A program made the translations under genes and the position numbers. Of a stretch of DNA of 64,000 bases, positions 49,245-61,659 are shown one piece after another. This stretch comes from Piromyces finnis finn (taxonomy: Eukaryota > Fungi > Neocallimastigomycota): positions 1-64,000 of the forward strand of contig MCFH01000011.1 in assembly GCA_002104945.1 (NCBI GenBank), read 5' to 3'. Position 1 is the first letter of the stretch. Every line of letters begins with the position of its first letter. The notes beneath the pieces were generated by a model. The model was not told the DNA's origin and did no database searches. It worked only from the letters and a program-made list of their open reading frames with translations.

Positions 49245-52200
49245 TTATTTAAAGTTTTGGGCAAGAGCGGCCATCTTTTGACAAAGTTGTTCATTGGTTT
49301 CTTGTAAATCAAATATCTTGTCTTCTAAATCACGTTTTTGATCTTCTAATTTAGTATAGTCGGTCTTTAAATCTTTAAGTTCAGCTTGTAATTCAGCTAT
49401 AAGTTGATAACTTAATTCTTTTTCTTGCTTATATCCATCGACTTGATCATCCATGGCATCTAATTGTTCTTCCATAAGGTTGTACGCTTCTCTAACCTTG
49501 CTTAATTCTTCTGAAATTTCATTGATCTCTTGATCACGTTCTTTTAATACTTCACATAATTCTTGATAATCATCTTCGGTTTGACGAAGAAGATCTTCTA
49601 ATTCAATGTTCTTTTGTGTTAATTCTTCAACAAGCTTAGCTTGATCCTTCTTTTCACCTTCAGCTTCTTCCTTCTTTTCTTCGGTATTACCATTGGTATT
49701 ACCATCTTCACCTTCCTTCTTTTCTTTATCACCTTCAACTGGAGTATTGGCCTTTTCTTCGGTTTCCTTAGTTGGTGATGATGAGGCTTCTTTATCCTTG
49801 CTGTCGGTATCGTTCTTCTTTTGATTTGCTTCTAAATCTGTAATTTGACGGTTAAGATCTTCGTTTATCAAGGTAAGTTCATCTAATTGTTTAACTAAAT
49901 CTTCATTATTAAATTGAAGATCATCAATGTACTTATTCAATTCATCATTGTTAATCTCTACTTCCTCAATATGTTTGTTCATGTCATCGGCGGCAAATTC
50001 TAAATCTTCAATTTGCTTGTTTAACTCTTCATTGGCTGTTTGCAATTTGGTCACTTGATCTTCAAGATTCTTGTTCTTTCCTTCTAATTCTTCTATATGG
50101 TCCTTGCATTGAGTAATTTGTTCATTAAGTTGTCCTAATTGTTCATTTAATGCTGATGGAGTTTCAACATCAGCAGCAACAGTAGCTGGAACATCATCTG
50201 ATTCCTTGGCTTCCTTTCCTTGGAGAGATTTTAATTGTTCTTCCAAGAAAGCGGTGTCCTTCTTAAGATCAACTAATTCTTTTAATAGGTCGGAGTTTTC
50301 TTGAACTAATGATTCAAGTATATCCTTACCCTTTAATAAACTATCTTCAATGTCTGGGTTGGAAGTTTCGGCAATTTCATTCCATGAAATAAGTTCAAGA
50401 ACATCACTGACATTGGTAGTGTTACTTTGTAACATGGCTTGGCATTTTTGAAGAGAAACTTCTAATACCTTGATCTTTTGATCTAATTCACTTAAATCGT
50501 TATTGGATTGATGAATAGCTTCACCTACATTTTCTAAATCCTTTAATTTTCCTTCTAATTCTTGAATGGTTTGTTGAGCCTTGGCAAGATCTTCATTCAA
50601 GTTTTTAATCATTTCTTCAGTTTCTGGTGAAGACTGAGTAGCAGGAGATGAAATGTCACCATTCATACTCTTAGTGGCGTTTGGATTTTGGATGGATGAT
50701 TCTTCAGCTGGTTTAGCCTCTAATTCGGCTTGAAGACGAGCAATTTCTTGATGGGCTTGGTTTAATTCAGTAGTTAAACCATCAATTTGTTCTCTGAGAA
50801 GTGCCATATCTTCTTCCATTCCTTTAATGACATCTTCCATTTCGGTTTGATGGTTAACCTTGAGATCTTCCATTTGTTGTTGCGTATTTTCTAATTCTTG
50901 TTGAAGTTTATCAATGGTTGATTTTAATTCTTCAACATCACCCAAAGTACTGGTTGTTGGGCTTGGAACTATTCCTTGTCCATTGGCTGCAGCATTCTTA
51001 ACTTCTTCTAATTCTTTTTCAAGATCAGATTTTTCTTGAGTTAATCTATCAATAGTTTGCTTTAACTGTTCAACAGATTCAATACCGGAAGCTTCAGACA
51101 CTTCACCATTACTAACTTCTGGTGGAACTACAACAGAAGCATTGGAATCTTCTATAGTAGCACTTTGTGGTGAAGAAGAACCGTTCTTAGCTGATGGAGA
51201 TCCATTTGGAGATTGGCTTGGTGAATTGTTTCCGGAGGATTTTTGAGACAAACGACTTAACTTGTGGTTGAGACGATCACGTTCATGAAGAACTTGTTGA
51301 ATCTTACCCTTAATAATATCGTAGTCGGTATTGATCTTTTTCCAGCGGTATTTCATATCTTCATGATCATCAATCATTTGATGAATTTGTTTATTCAATT
51401 GACTATGATCCTTGTAACGGAGATCTAATTCATAATCTAACGCTTGTAATTGTTCAACAACGTTAGATCGTTCATAATCTAATTTACGGTTTTGATCTTG
51501 GAAGTAGTAGAATTCTTCACTTTCTTGTCCTTGAAGGGCTTCCAATCTATCAATAACTTCATGTCGTTGATTGTCAATAATACCTAAATCATCTTCAAGT
51601 TGTTGATGTCTGGCTCTCTTATCATCAATTTCTTGTTCTATGACATACTTCTCGTTTTGAGCTTGTTCAATGTTTTGATCAAGGTGAACTAAATCACCGT
51701 GAATAAGATCCATGTTATTTTTAATAAGTTGTCTATTCTCTTGATATTCTTGTAATTTGTTTTCCACAGCATTAATTCTACCTTTAAGCTCTTCCATTTC
51801 TACAGGAGATGGAGAACGTGCATTTTGTAATTGTTGAGTTAAATCATTAATAGTATTTTGAAGATTTTCAATTCTTTGTTCGTAATCTTCAATTAATTGA
51901 TTATCAACGTTTTTATTTTCGACACCATCATTTGTGGTGTTTTCATTATTCATGGTAGATAGTTGTTTTTGCTTATCTTGAATTTCTTGTTCTAATTGAG
52001 CAAGGGTAGCCTTTAATTCTTCAATTTGTCCTTGATAACCAGCTTCAGTGGCATCGATTTCACGAGAAACTGGTGATGTATTTTGTAAGTTTTGAATTTG
52101 TTCCTCCTTTTCATTAAGAAGATGTTGAATTTGTTCTAATTGTTGATTAAGATTTTCATTTTCCATTTTATATTGATCAACTTGTTGTTGAAGTTCAGAA

Positions 52201-55200
52201 TTATTATTGTTCTCATTAATAATAACTGGGGCGGCATCTCTTGTCATTGAAAGCTCACTAATGGATATATTCTTCTTTTCAATTTCTTCTAAAGAATCTT
52301 CTAATCTCTTCTTGATAGCTTCAGATTCATCACGAGTACGTTCTAATTCACCTCTTAACTCTTCCTCATGAGCAATGTGATCTTGAATAGATGTTTCCAA
52401 GTTTTGCTTTTCTTCCTTTAATTGTTCAAGGTTTTCTCTCATTTCATTGTATTCCTTAGTCATATTATTAATATCACCTTGTAAATTTTCATATTGAACT
52501 TCCATGGATTGAAGTTCATTCTTGGTTTGTTCATAATTTTCTAAATCATTTGTTTTTTCTTTAAGAGCATTGTAGGAAATTATCATTTCGTCACGTTCAT
52601 TTCTTAATTCGCTGTATTGGCGCGTTAAATCATTATAGATGTCTTGTTGTTCTTGTCTTTCTTGATTAATGATTTCAATATCACTAAGTTTCATTTGATA
52701 TTGTTCTTCCAAGTCCTTCTTCTCTTCAACAAGTTTTTCAATATTTTGCTCTAATTCGCCTTGTTTAGAATTGTATTCTTCAACCTTTCCCTTATACTCT
52801 TCAACTTCTTCCTTAAGTTGCTTGATTTCAATTTGGGCTTCTTCTAACAACTTTTCAGCAGCTTCAGAACCAGATAAATTACCAACTATGACTTCCATTT
52901 CAGTAATTTTTTTGTTTTTAGCCTCAATGTCCTTTGTACATTTATCATTTTCTTCACGAACAGAATCTAATTCTTGTTGCATACGACTAACTTCATTATC
53001 GAATTGTTCCATGGCGATTTGAAGTTGCTCTCTTAAATTCTCACGTTCTTCTTCAATAGATTCCTTTAATTCAGCATTGTTATCTTCAGCAGCTCTCAAT
53101 TTTTCATTTAAAAGATCTTTTTCTCTGGACATTTGTTCCAATTTATCGATGGATTGAGCAATTTGGACTTGTAATGTTTGAACCATTTTTCTTGATTCAT
53201 TTAATTGAATTTCAATTTCTTCGGAATCTTGTTCATCTTCTAAAACTAAAATCTTATCCTTTAACTCATTAATTTCCATGTTTGCTTTTTCTAATTGATC
53301 TTCTAAATCATTTTTACGACCTGAAACTTCAGATATTTTTCTTTCCATCATGACTTGAGATTGAGTGAATTCCATTTCACGTTGTTCTTTTTCTTCTTGT
53401 AAGGTTACGATTTGAGCATCATTTTGTTTAACTCTTTCTTCTAATTCCGAAATAGTTTTATCTTTTTGTTCTACATTATCTTGAAGAGAAAGAATATGTT
53501 CTTCCATTTTATTTAACTTTGATGTCAACTCTTCTTCAGTTTGATTTTTCATTTGTTCAACGTCAGAAAGTTGACGTTGTAAATTAGTCATAGATTCCTG
53601 GGAACGACCTAATTCGGTACGCAAATTATCAATTTGTTCAATATTTTTTACTCTATTTTCAATTTGAAGATTTTGTACCTTGAGAGATTCGTCTAATCGT
53701 TGACTCAAGTCTTCCACTTCAGATGTTTTCTTTTGTAATTGATCACGGAAAACTTGATTAGTAAGTTTTGTTTCTTCTAATTCTTTTTGACATTTCATTA
53801 AAACATCAGATTGATTTTTCATTTCTTCTGATTGCTTAAATAATTCATGTTCTAAATCTTCTTTAGCTTTTATCATTTTATCACGAGCATTATCAGCAGC
53901 TCTAATTCTTTCCTCATTTTCTTTCATATCATTTTCGTATTTTGAAATGGTATTTCTACATTCATTTAAACTTGCATCCAATCTTTCGTTTTCCATACGA
54001 TTAGTAGAAAGTTCCTTTTGAATATTTGAATTTATCATTTTCCATTCTAAAAGTTCTTCCTGTGCTTCGCGACATTTCTTTTCCAATTCTTTAATTTGTA
54101 ATATTTGATTTTTTCTTTCTTCATTACCTTTTGGTAATTGATTAGTATCTGGAGGTATGGCTAAACCTGAAGTTAAAATAGTAGCTTCAAGTTCTTGAAC
54201 ACGACTTTCATAGGCATCTTCTCTTGCCTTAACTTCTTCAAAAGCCTTTTTATAGGTTTCTAATTCACCTTCCATAGTTTTTGTACAAGTTTCAGCAATA
54301 TGTCTTGCTTCTAAATTACGTTTTGATGCCTTTGTCCAACTATTTAATTTTGTTCTTAAATTATTAATTATATCTTCTGATTCATCTAACCTTTTTTTTA
54401 ATTGTTGGCGATCCGATATTTCCCGATATAATGATGGATCTTTTGATGAAAGCTGTGAAACCACTGAATTAAGATAGAAAACTTCTTCTTGAGCAGCTTT
54501 ACGTTTACGTTCAGCTTCTTTTACCAATTCGTTATTTCTATGAGTAATTTGTTCTGCCTGCGCTAATTGTCTTTTAAATGAAAGTAAACTTTTAAATAAT
54601 TGGGAACGAGCTTCCATAGCTTCTTCTCTACTTAATTTATCATTATTCTTTAAAAAATCAAAAGCTAAAGTGGTATTTTCACCTTCTTCATCATTTGGTT
54701 TCCCTAGTTGTTTATATACAACTAATTCTGATTGAAGCCTTTAAAATAATAATATTATTTATAAATAATTTATATTATATTTAGATATAAATCAAATTAT
54801 ATTATACATTATAAAAATGGTATTTAACAACATTAATAATAACAGGAAAAATAAAGTATTTAAAAAATTATTTAATATTGATAATATTTTCATTTATACA
54901 ATAAAGCATCATTAATATCATAAATATAAAATAATTATCATTCAGTAATAAATATTTAAAATGAAATTTTTTTATTATTTTTAAAAAAATTATATATATA
55001 TATATTAAATTATTTAAATATTTAAAATATTTGTGTAAATAATATTTAATTTTTCTATTATAATCTATAAATTTTAAAAATACAATCAACTTTACTTACC
55101 AAGCTTCTTTTGTTTTTAAATCGAGTAATATCTTATTTTTTGTTTGAAGTTCATCTTGTAAATTTTCTTTATTAGATTAATTTTCATGAAAAGATTATAA

Positions 55201-55431
55201 ATATTAAAAATTTTTAAAATTACAAATTATATTCAGTAAATATTGGATATTTTAAGTAATTTTATTCTTAAAAAAAAAAACATATATATATATAAATGTT
55301 TTGGATTTTTTTCTATAATTTGAATGAAATTTACTCGTTATTTCAATAAGTTCTTGGTTATTCTTAAGTCTTAAATCCTCAGTTTTTAAGACAGGATTTA
55401 TATTAATTTTTTCTTGAGGCTCTTCCATCAT
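49245..55431 (-). CDS. 1885-aa extended coiled-coil protein, 3 exons (55431-55335, 55166-55100, 54738-49245)
   Basis: The 1790-aa track ORF extends upstream in phase through two GT-AG introns to MMEEPQEKIN. Sequence is E/Q/K/L heptad-rich with S/P-rich linkers; no catalytic motif recognised. Confidence 0.88.
49824..50033 (-). repeat. Five 14-aa repeats near the C-terminus of the 1885-aa protein
   Basis: NEELNKQIEDLEFA / ADDMNKHIEEVEIN / NDELNKYIDDLQFN / NEDLVKQLDELTLI / NEDLNRQITDLEAN. Confidence 0.8.
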
Positions 55432-57646
55432 TATTTATTTGTTAATAGGCATAATTAAATAAACATTATATATTTTATTTGATGAATTTTTTTTTTTTTT
55501 TTAATATCTACAATTCTAAATTAATACTATTAAAATAATTTATTTAATTAAAGAAAGAAAATAAATGTTTATTATTTGTTTTTACTTTTAAATATATATA
55601 TATATAATTAAATTATTGAAATTTATTTTGTCATTAATTACTATTATTATTAAAATTTTGACTAATACATTTACTTTACTTACTTTTATAAATATTATAC
55701 GCTTTTATTTCCCTTTCACTGTAATTGTTGTTGTTATTACTTTCTATTTCTTCGCTTTTATTTATATATAATAAAAGAAAAAATAAATTATTTATATATT
55801 AAATTAAAATAGTAAAACTTTTTCTAAGCAACAGAGTATTAAATTAAATTAGGTTATTATAAAAACAGCTGTTTGTAAAAAAAAAAAAAAAAAAAAAGTT
55901 AAAGAAAAATATTGATAATAAAATAAATAATTCGTCAAAAAGAGTTTTATTGAATTTATTAACTACACTGTAAATAATAATATAAATTAAAAAAAAAGAA
56001 TATTTTTTTAATTTATATTATAAATATTAAATGGTTGTTTATTATTGAAATGAATTATTTATTTTATTATTTATTTTTATTAGAAAGGAGCTTAACGTCT
56101 ACTTTTATTAAAAAGTCTTGTTTAAATCTAATAATTCCAATTTGATTTCTTTCTTATAATTAAGGTAGCTTTATTATGATAATATTAAAAAAAAAAAAAA
56201 AAAAAAAAAAACATTATTATAAATATAAAATGAAACAATAATACATTCATTCCAATACACTTATAATATATTACAAATATATTATGATAATAATGATTTC
56301 GAAATTTTATTTAATATTAAATATAAACATTTATTAAAAGAATATTAATATTAATTATTATTTAATTTATAATAGAAATATATAAATGGATGAATAAATA
56401 ATTATTTAAATAAATTTTAAAAAGTTTTAAAGACTTTTTTTTTTTTTCCTAGTCTAGTTGCTATATATACATATACATATATTTCAAAATAAAAAAAATG
56501 ATATATCAACTAATAGTATGTTATATTTTTAAATAAAAAAATAATTAATTCCAATGAATAATGAAATAGAATAGATTAACCACACCATAGTATTTTTTTA
56601 GTTTTACCCATATTTTTATACCACCATCTTTTTTTATTCTAGCAGAATGTATGCTATATTTAAATTTAGTATTTTCATTTTATGTAACCCTTTTTATATA
56701 TATCAATAATATATGTAATATATATGTAATCTATTCCTACTGAATATACGAATATATTCTTATATATTTATTATTATTATTATTGTTGATAAGTGTAACA
56801 TAATTTATATTATTTTTTGTTTTAAAATCTGGCACAAAACATGCCTAAAAAAGAAAAAATATTAATTAAACTCTTCCCATAATTATTTTTTTATCCTCTA
56901 TTCTTCATATATATAATAATGTATTAAATTATATTGTAATAAATGAACGATTTAAAATGTATTTATTTTTTCTATAAAAAGAAATACCTTAAAAAAAAAA
57001 CATTTATATTAATTATTAACTTTAATTATTAATAAACTTTATTATTCTTCTTATTATTTATTTTTTTAATTTTATCATTAGTTAATGAATTTTTGACCAA
57101 TGAAAAAGTGCGGATATTATTATAATAAAATTGAAATAAAATTAATATTTAAATAATAAAAAATCCTTTATATGTTTAAATAATAGTAAAAAAAAAGATA
57201 ATAATAACATAAACCTTAAAAGCATTCCTAACACCACCACTACCACCACCACCGATAGCATTATCCATAAATAATAAATAATAATATTTATCATTCATAA
57301 AGGAATCCATAAATAACTTTATGCAACTTTTATTGTCAAGTTAAATGTTTTATTGTACTTTTTAAAAAAAGTGATTATATTCTTCCTATAGTCATTTATA
57401 CTCTAAAAATTTTCATTACAACTATTTTGACTATCTATAAAAAGTAAATGATATATCGTTTACTATTTCAACGTTTTATAGTTTTATTTATTTTATTTTG
57501 CTTTGCTTAAAAATATAATTTTTCTTTTTTTTTTTTTTTTTTTTAAATTTAAAGTATCAATAAGATATTTTTCTTTTTATTTTTGAAAATTGAAATTAGT
57601 TTTTACACTATTCAAATAGTTATCATTGATTTTATAAATAAAAAAA

Positions 57647-58848
57647 ATGTCTTCAGTCTTAGTTATTGGTTCAACAGGTTAATAATAATGAAAAAATAAA
57701 GTATACTAAATTATGTTATTAAATAAATAATTCATTGTTCTTCTCTCCTTTGATAAACATAAATATAGGTGCAACAGGTGTTCACGTTATTAATGAATTA
57801 CTGAAATGTGGATTATTTGAAAAAGTAACGTCTGTAGCTAGAAGAAAGCTTGAATACACAGGAATAAATAAAAGCAAACTAGTATGAACTAATTTTAAAA
57901 TTAAAAATTGAAATTAAAGTCTAACGTTGAAGTAATAGTAATAATATATTGGTATGTTTATTATTAATTATATTAAAAATAATAAAAGGTTCAACATATT
58001 ATTGATTTTGAAAAAATTGAAGAGTATAAAGATGTATTTAAAGGTCATAGGTATACCTTTTTTTTTTTAATTTTTACTTAAAAAAAAATACTATATATTT
58101 GTTATTAATAAAATTATTTATAATAGTCATATGATTTCTTGTTTTGGAACAACAAGGTAATTTCGAAATATACTCTATGAATTATCTTATTTTCTATCAA
58201 TTTTTTTCTTTTTTTTTTTTTTTGGATTATTAAAATATTGTTTAAAATAAAAAAGAAAAATAGCTGGAACTGCTGAAATGCAACATAGAATTGACCATGA
58301 TTGTACTTGAATATTAATTTTTTTAGTAAATAATATTATATATAGTTGTAAATGTATGACTATTACTAATTTGTGCAATCTATTTATTAGATGTTTATAA
58401 TGCTGCAAAATTTTTTAAAGAACAAAATTCAAATGTTAAATTACATTATATTCATATGTCCTCTGGACAAGCAGATGTAAATTCTTCTTTTCAATTCATT
58501 AAAACAAAAGGACAACTTGAAGATGATCTTAAATCTTTAAAATTTTCTAGACTTACAATATTTAGACCTGCACCATTACTAGACCGAGGTCATGATAAAA
58601 GATTTTTTGAATCTATTTTTGGTTTTATTGCTAAAGGTATAAATTGTGTTGTTAATAGTAAAGTTGGTATTCCTGTAACTACTCTTGCTAAAGCTATGGT
58701 TCGTGTTACACAAATACAACCAAAAACAGATTTAGATGTAGTTAACGATACTTTTATTGAGTATTATTTCACAAAGGATGCCTATGCTCTTGCTGATCGA
58801 ACTGATATTCCTGGATTTGAAATAACAAAAAAAATTGAAAATCAATAA
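57647..58848 (+). CDS. HTATIP2: HTATIP2/TIP30 (Fmp52-like) NAD(P)-binding short-chain oxidoreductase, 6 exons
   Basis: Spliced translation: MSSVLVIGSTGATGVHVINELL, SCFGTTRKIAG...RIDHDY, MSSGQADVNSSFQFIKTKGQLE, IFRPAPLL, IPVTTLAKAMV. Confidence 0.85.
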
Positions 58849-58859
58849 ATTCTTTTAAT

Positions 58860-59080
58860 AATAATAGTAGCAATAATAATAAATAATAGTAGTAGTAGTA
58901 GTAGTAGTTTTAATAGTAGTAGTAGTAATAATAGTTGTAGTAATAATAGTAATAATAGTAATAATAGTAGTAGTAATAATAGTAGTAGTAATAATAGTTG
59001 TAGTAATAATAGTAATAATAGTAATAATAGTAGTAGTAATAATAGTAGTAATAGTAGTAGTAATAGTAGTAATAATAATA
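58860..59080 (+). repeat. Compound (AGT/AAT)n microsatellite with an internally duplicated block
   Basis: The block aataatagttgtagtaataatagtaataatagtaataatagtagtagt occurs twice; this repeat is the source of the poly-Tyr spurious ORF. Confidence 0.9.
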
Positions 59081-59339
59081 ATGCTTTAAGATATATATCA
59101 TATTTTATAATTATATATATATATTTTGGTTATAAATAAAAGTTTATTAAATTAATGAAAGTCATAAAATATTAATGATTTAATTTCTAACCTATTTTAA
59201 ATAAGTAAAAATTAATATTTATTGAAATTATGATATACATCTTACTTTATTAAAATAAAATAATAAATTTTATAGAAATAAAAATTGGTGTTTACAAAGA
59301 TTAAATAAAGTGTCAAAAATACTATTTCTTTTTGTTCTT

Positions 59340-61133
59340 TCAGTACTTTGTGTTTGGCGGAAATGTTGGATCTTGGAAATAACGGAAATTAATATACTCG
59401 ACATCCTTTGTTTTATTGATAATTCCAGTATACATCCAATTTTGATTATAAGTTACATTGTAGTTTGCAATTGGAGAAGTTGTATCAATATTCTTTATGT
59501 AATTTGAAATTAAATACTCTTTTGTAATAATCCAAACGAGGACTAGCATTATTGAAATAGCTAATTGTTGTTCAGAACCAGTATTACTACTCATGATAAC
59601 AATTCAAAGTTTCTTATATTTTTACTTATAATGTTCTAATTAAATTATTAATTGATAAGATATAGTTTACATTTTATATTTTATTAAACTTTTTTTTTAA
59701 AAAAAAAAAATAAATTATAATTAATTTAAAATATGTACAGTAATATATCATATATTACATAATTAGTTTACTGTACTTTTAAGATTAACCTTAATTAAAA
59801 ATATAAATAATGAATACATATAGATAACTATAATTAATTTATATCCACATATAGATATATATAAATTAAATATTAATCCAATATGTTTATAATAAATTAA
59901 GTATAAATAATAAACATAATAAATAATATATTTAAATAATTTTATTGCAATTTAAACAATAATATACTAATGTAGCTTAAATATTTAGCATCATATGAAG
60001 AATTAGTTAATTCATTATTTGCAGCGTATTCAATATAATTGGAACTTTATGATCCAAGAGATCTTGAACAAGTTTTGGTTTTCCTGTTTGTAAATTATAA
60101 TTATCTTGAACAAGTATATTCTGGTTAGTGTTATGAATATGTGAATAACATTTTTTCATATCTTCTTTATCAGAATCTGGATATTCCTTACAACTACCCA
60201 TATCTGATATATTAATTTCACTTCCTAAATATTCATCTTTCTTATTACCATACATCCATTGTCCACGAGTTAATAAAACTATTTTGCCACTTACATCGCC
60301 AAGTTTTGGAAAACTTTCCTTTCCACTATAGAAAAAATCTTTATATGATTTGGAGAAAGAAGTAGAATCGGTTTTTAATATACTGAGATTAGCAATTGCT
60401 TTATATACTTCTTCCTTTGATTCAAAACCGTCTATTTTAACCGTATGTACTTCACCATGCATATAATCATGATATTCACTAGTACTACCTAATTGAATAT
60501 CATCATCTTTTAAATGCATAATAATGGCTTCTCCTGAATTATTACCTAGAAATTCAATAGCTTCATCAAATACATCTTCTAAATAATATTTCTTTCCTGT
60601 ATCTCTATTCATACAATCAAATACATCGTGCGAAAGATATATTTCTTTATTTTTGTTTGTTTTAATTCGTATATCAAAATATCTAATTCCATTCATCATT
60701 TGTTCAAAAATATTTAATTCTTGAGTTCTACCAAACATTACTCTAGCATCCAAAAAATTAACACCAGTATCTCCTATAGCATATGTTCCACTATCATGTG
60801 TCCCAGGAATGTTAAGTTGATTAATTCGTACATAATCATCAGTAATTTTTGTTATCCAGTGAATATCATCATCATTGATTTTAAGTGTACACCATCTATA
60901 TTCAGTTAATGCACGCTTAGTTGTTAAATCAATGTCATAATAAGGAACTTTATTCATGGTAAGCATCCTATTGTAAGTTTCTCCGCCAGTTTCAGTATTT
61001 GTAAAATAACACTTGTTACTATCAATATCAATATAACCTTTGATTGTTATACCATCTAATATTGACCTTGATCTTTTACATCCAACACATTTCTAACTAG
61101 TGCAATTGCAATAATAGCTGAAAAAAATAGCAT
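59340..61133 (-). pseudogene. Bacterial-type PI-specific phospholipase C X-domain gene; 319-codon intronless core (60007-60966) with disrupted flanks
   Basis: Core motifs LNIPGTHDSGT, RTQELNIFEQMMNGIRYFDIR and YLSH. In-frame TAG (61093-61095) and TAA (61135-61137) lie upstream, a signal-like MLFFSAIIAIALV is out of frame, and a coding-like remnant lies at 59340-59594. The domain call is strong; pseudogene status is moderate. Confidence 0.6.
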
Positions 61134-61659
61134 TTTATGTGTCTATAATTTCAAATTTACAAATTATATTATTTGTTGGATTAATATTTATAGTTATCTT
61201 TAATAACTTTTTTTATCATAAATTATACTTTCAACAACAATAAATATTATATTGATAACTTTTTAATTTGTAAAAGTTAAAAAGTAATAAATTTTCAATA
61301 GGTTACACAAGTAATTAAAAATTTGTTTATAATTTTGGCTGATGTTTAAACATCAACAACTATAAAATCATTTTCTACTAAAATAAACATTAATAAGATT
61401 TCTTATTGTTAAACTTAAATAAAAGTTTCATTGCCTTTATCCTTGTTTTATATTTAATTGTTATAATAAATCAAGTAATTTTGTATTTATGAAATTTACA
61501 CAATTATATATAGCAAACTTTTTTATATTTAAATGAGATTTACACCAATCAAAATTAAAAAAAAATAATAATCTATTAATTTTAAAATTTTATAATTTTC
61601 CTGTGTGTAATTTTTTTTTTTTTTTAAATTAATTGAAGAATTGATATTATCAAAGAAAA

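Noticed and set aside
58910-59101. Poly-Tyr ORF
   Set aside because: Translation of an AGT/AAT microsatellite. The poly-Ile ORF at 37157-37450 is likewise an intron repeat.
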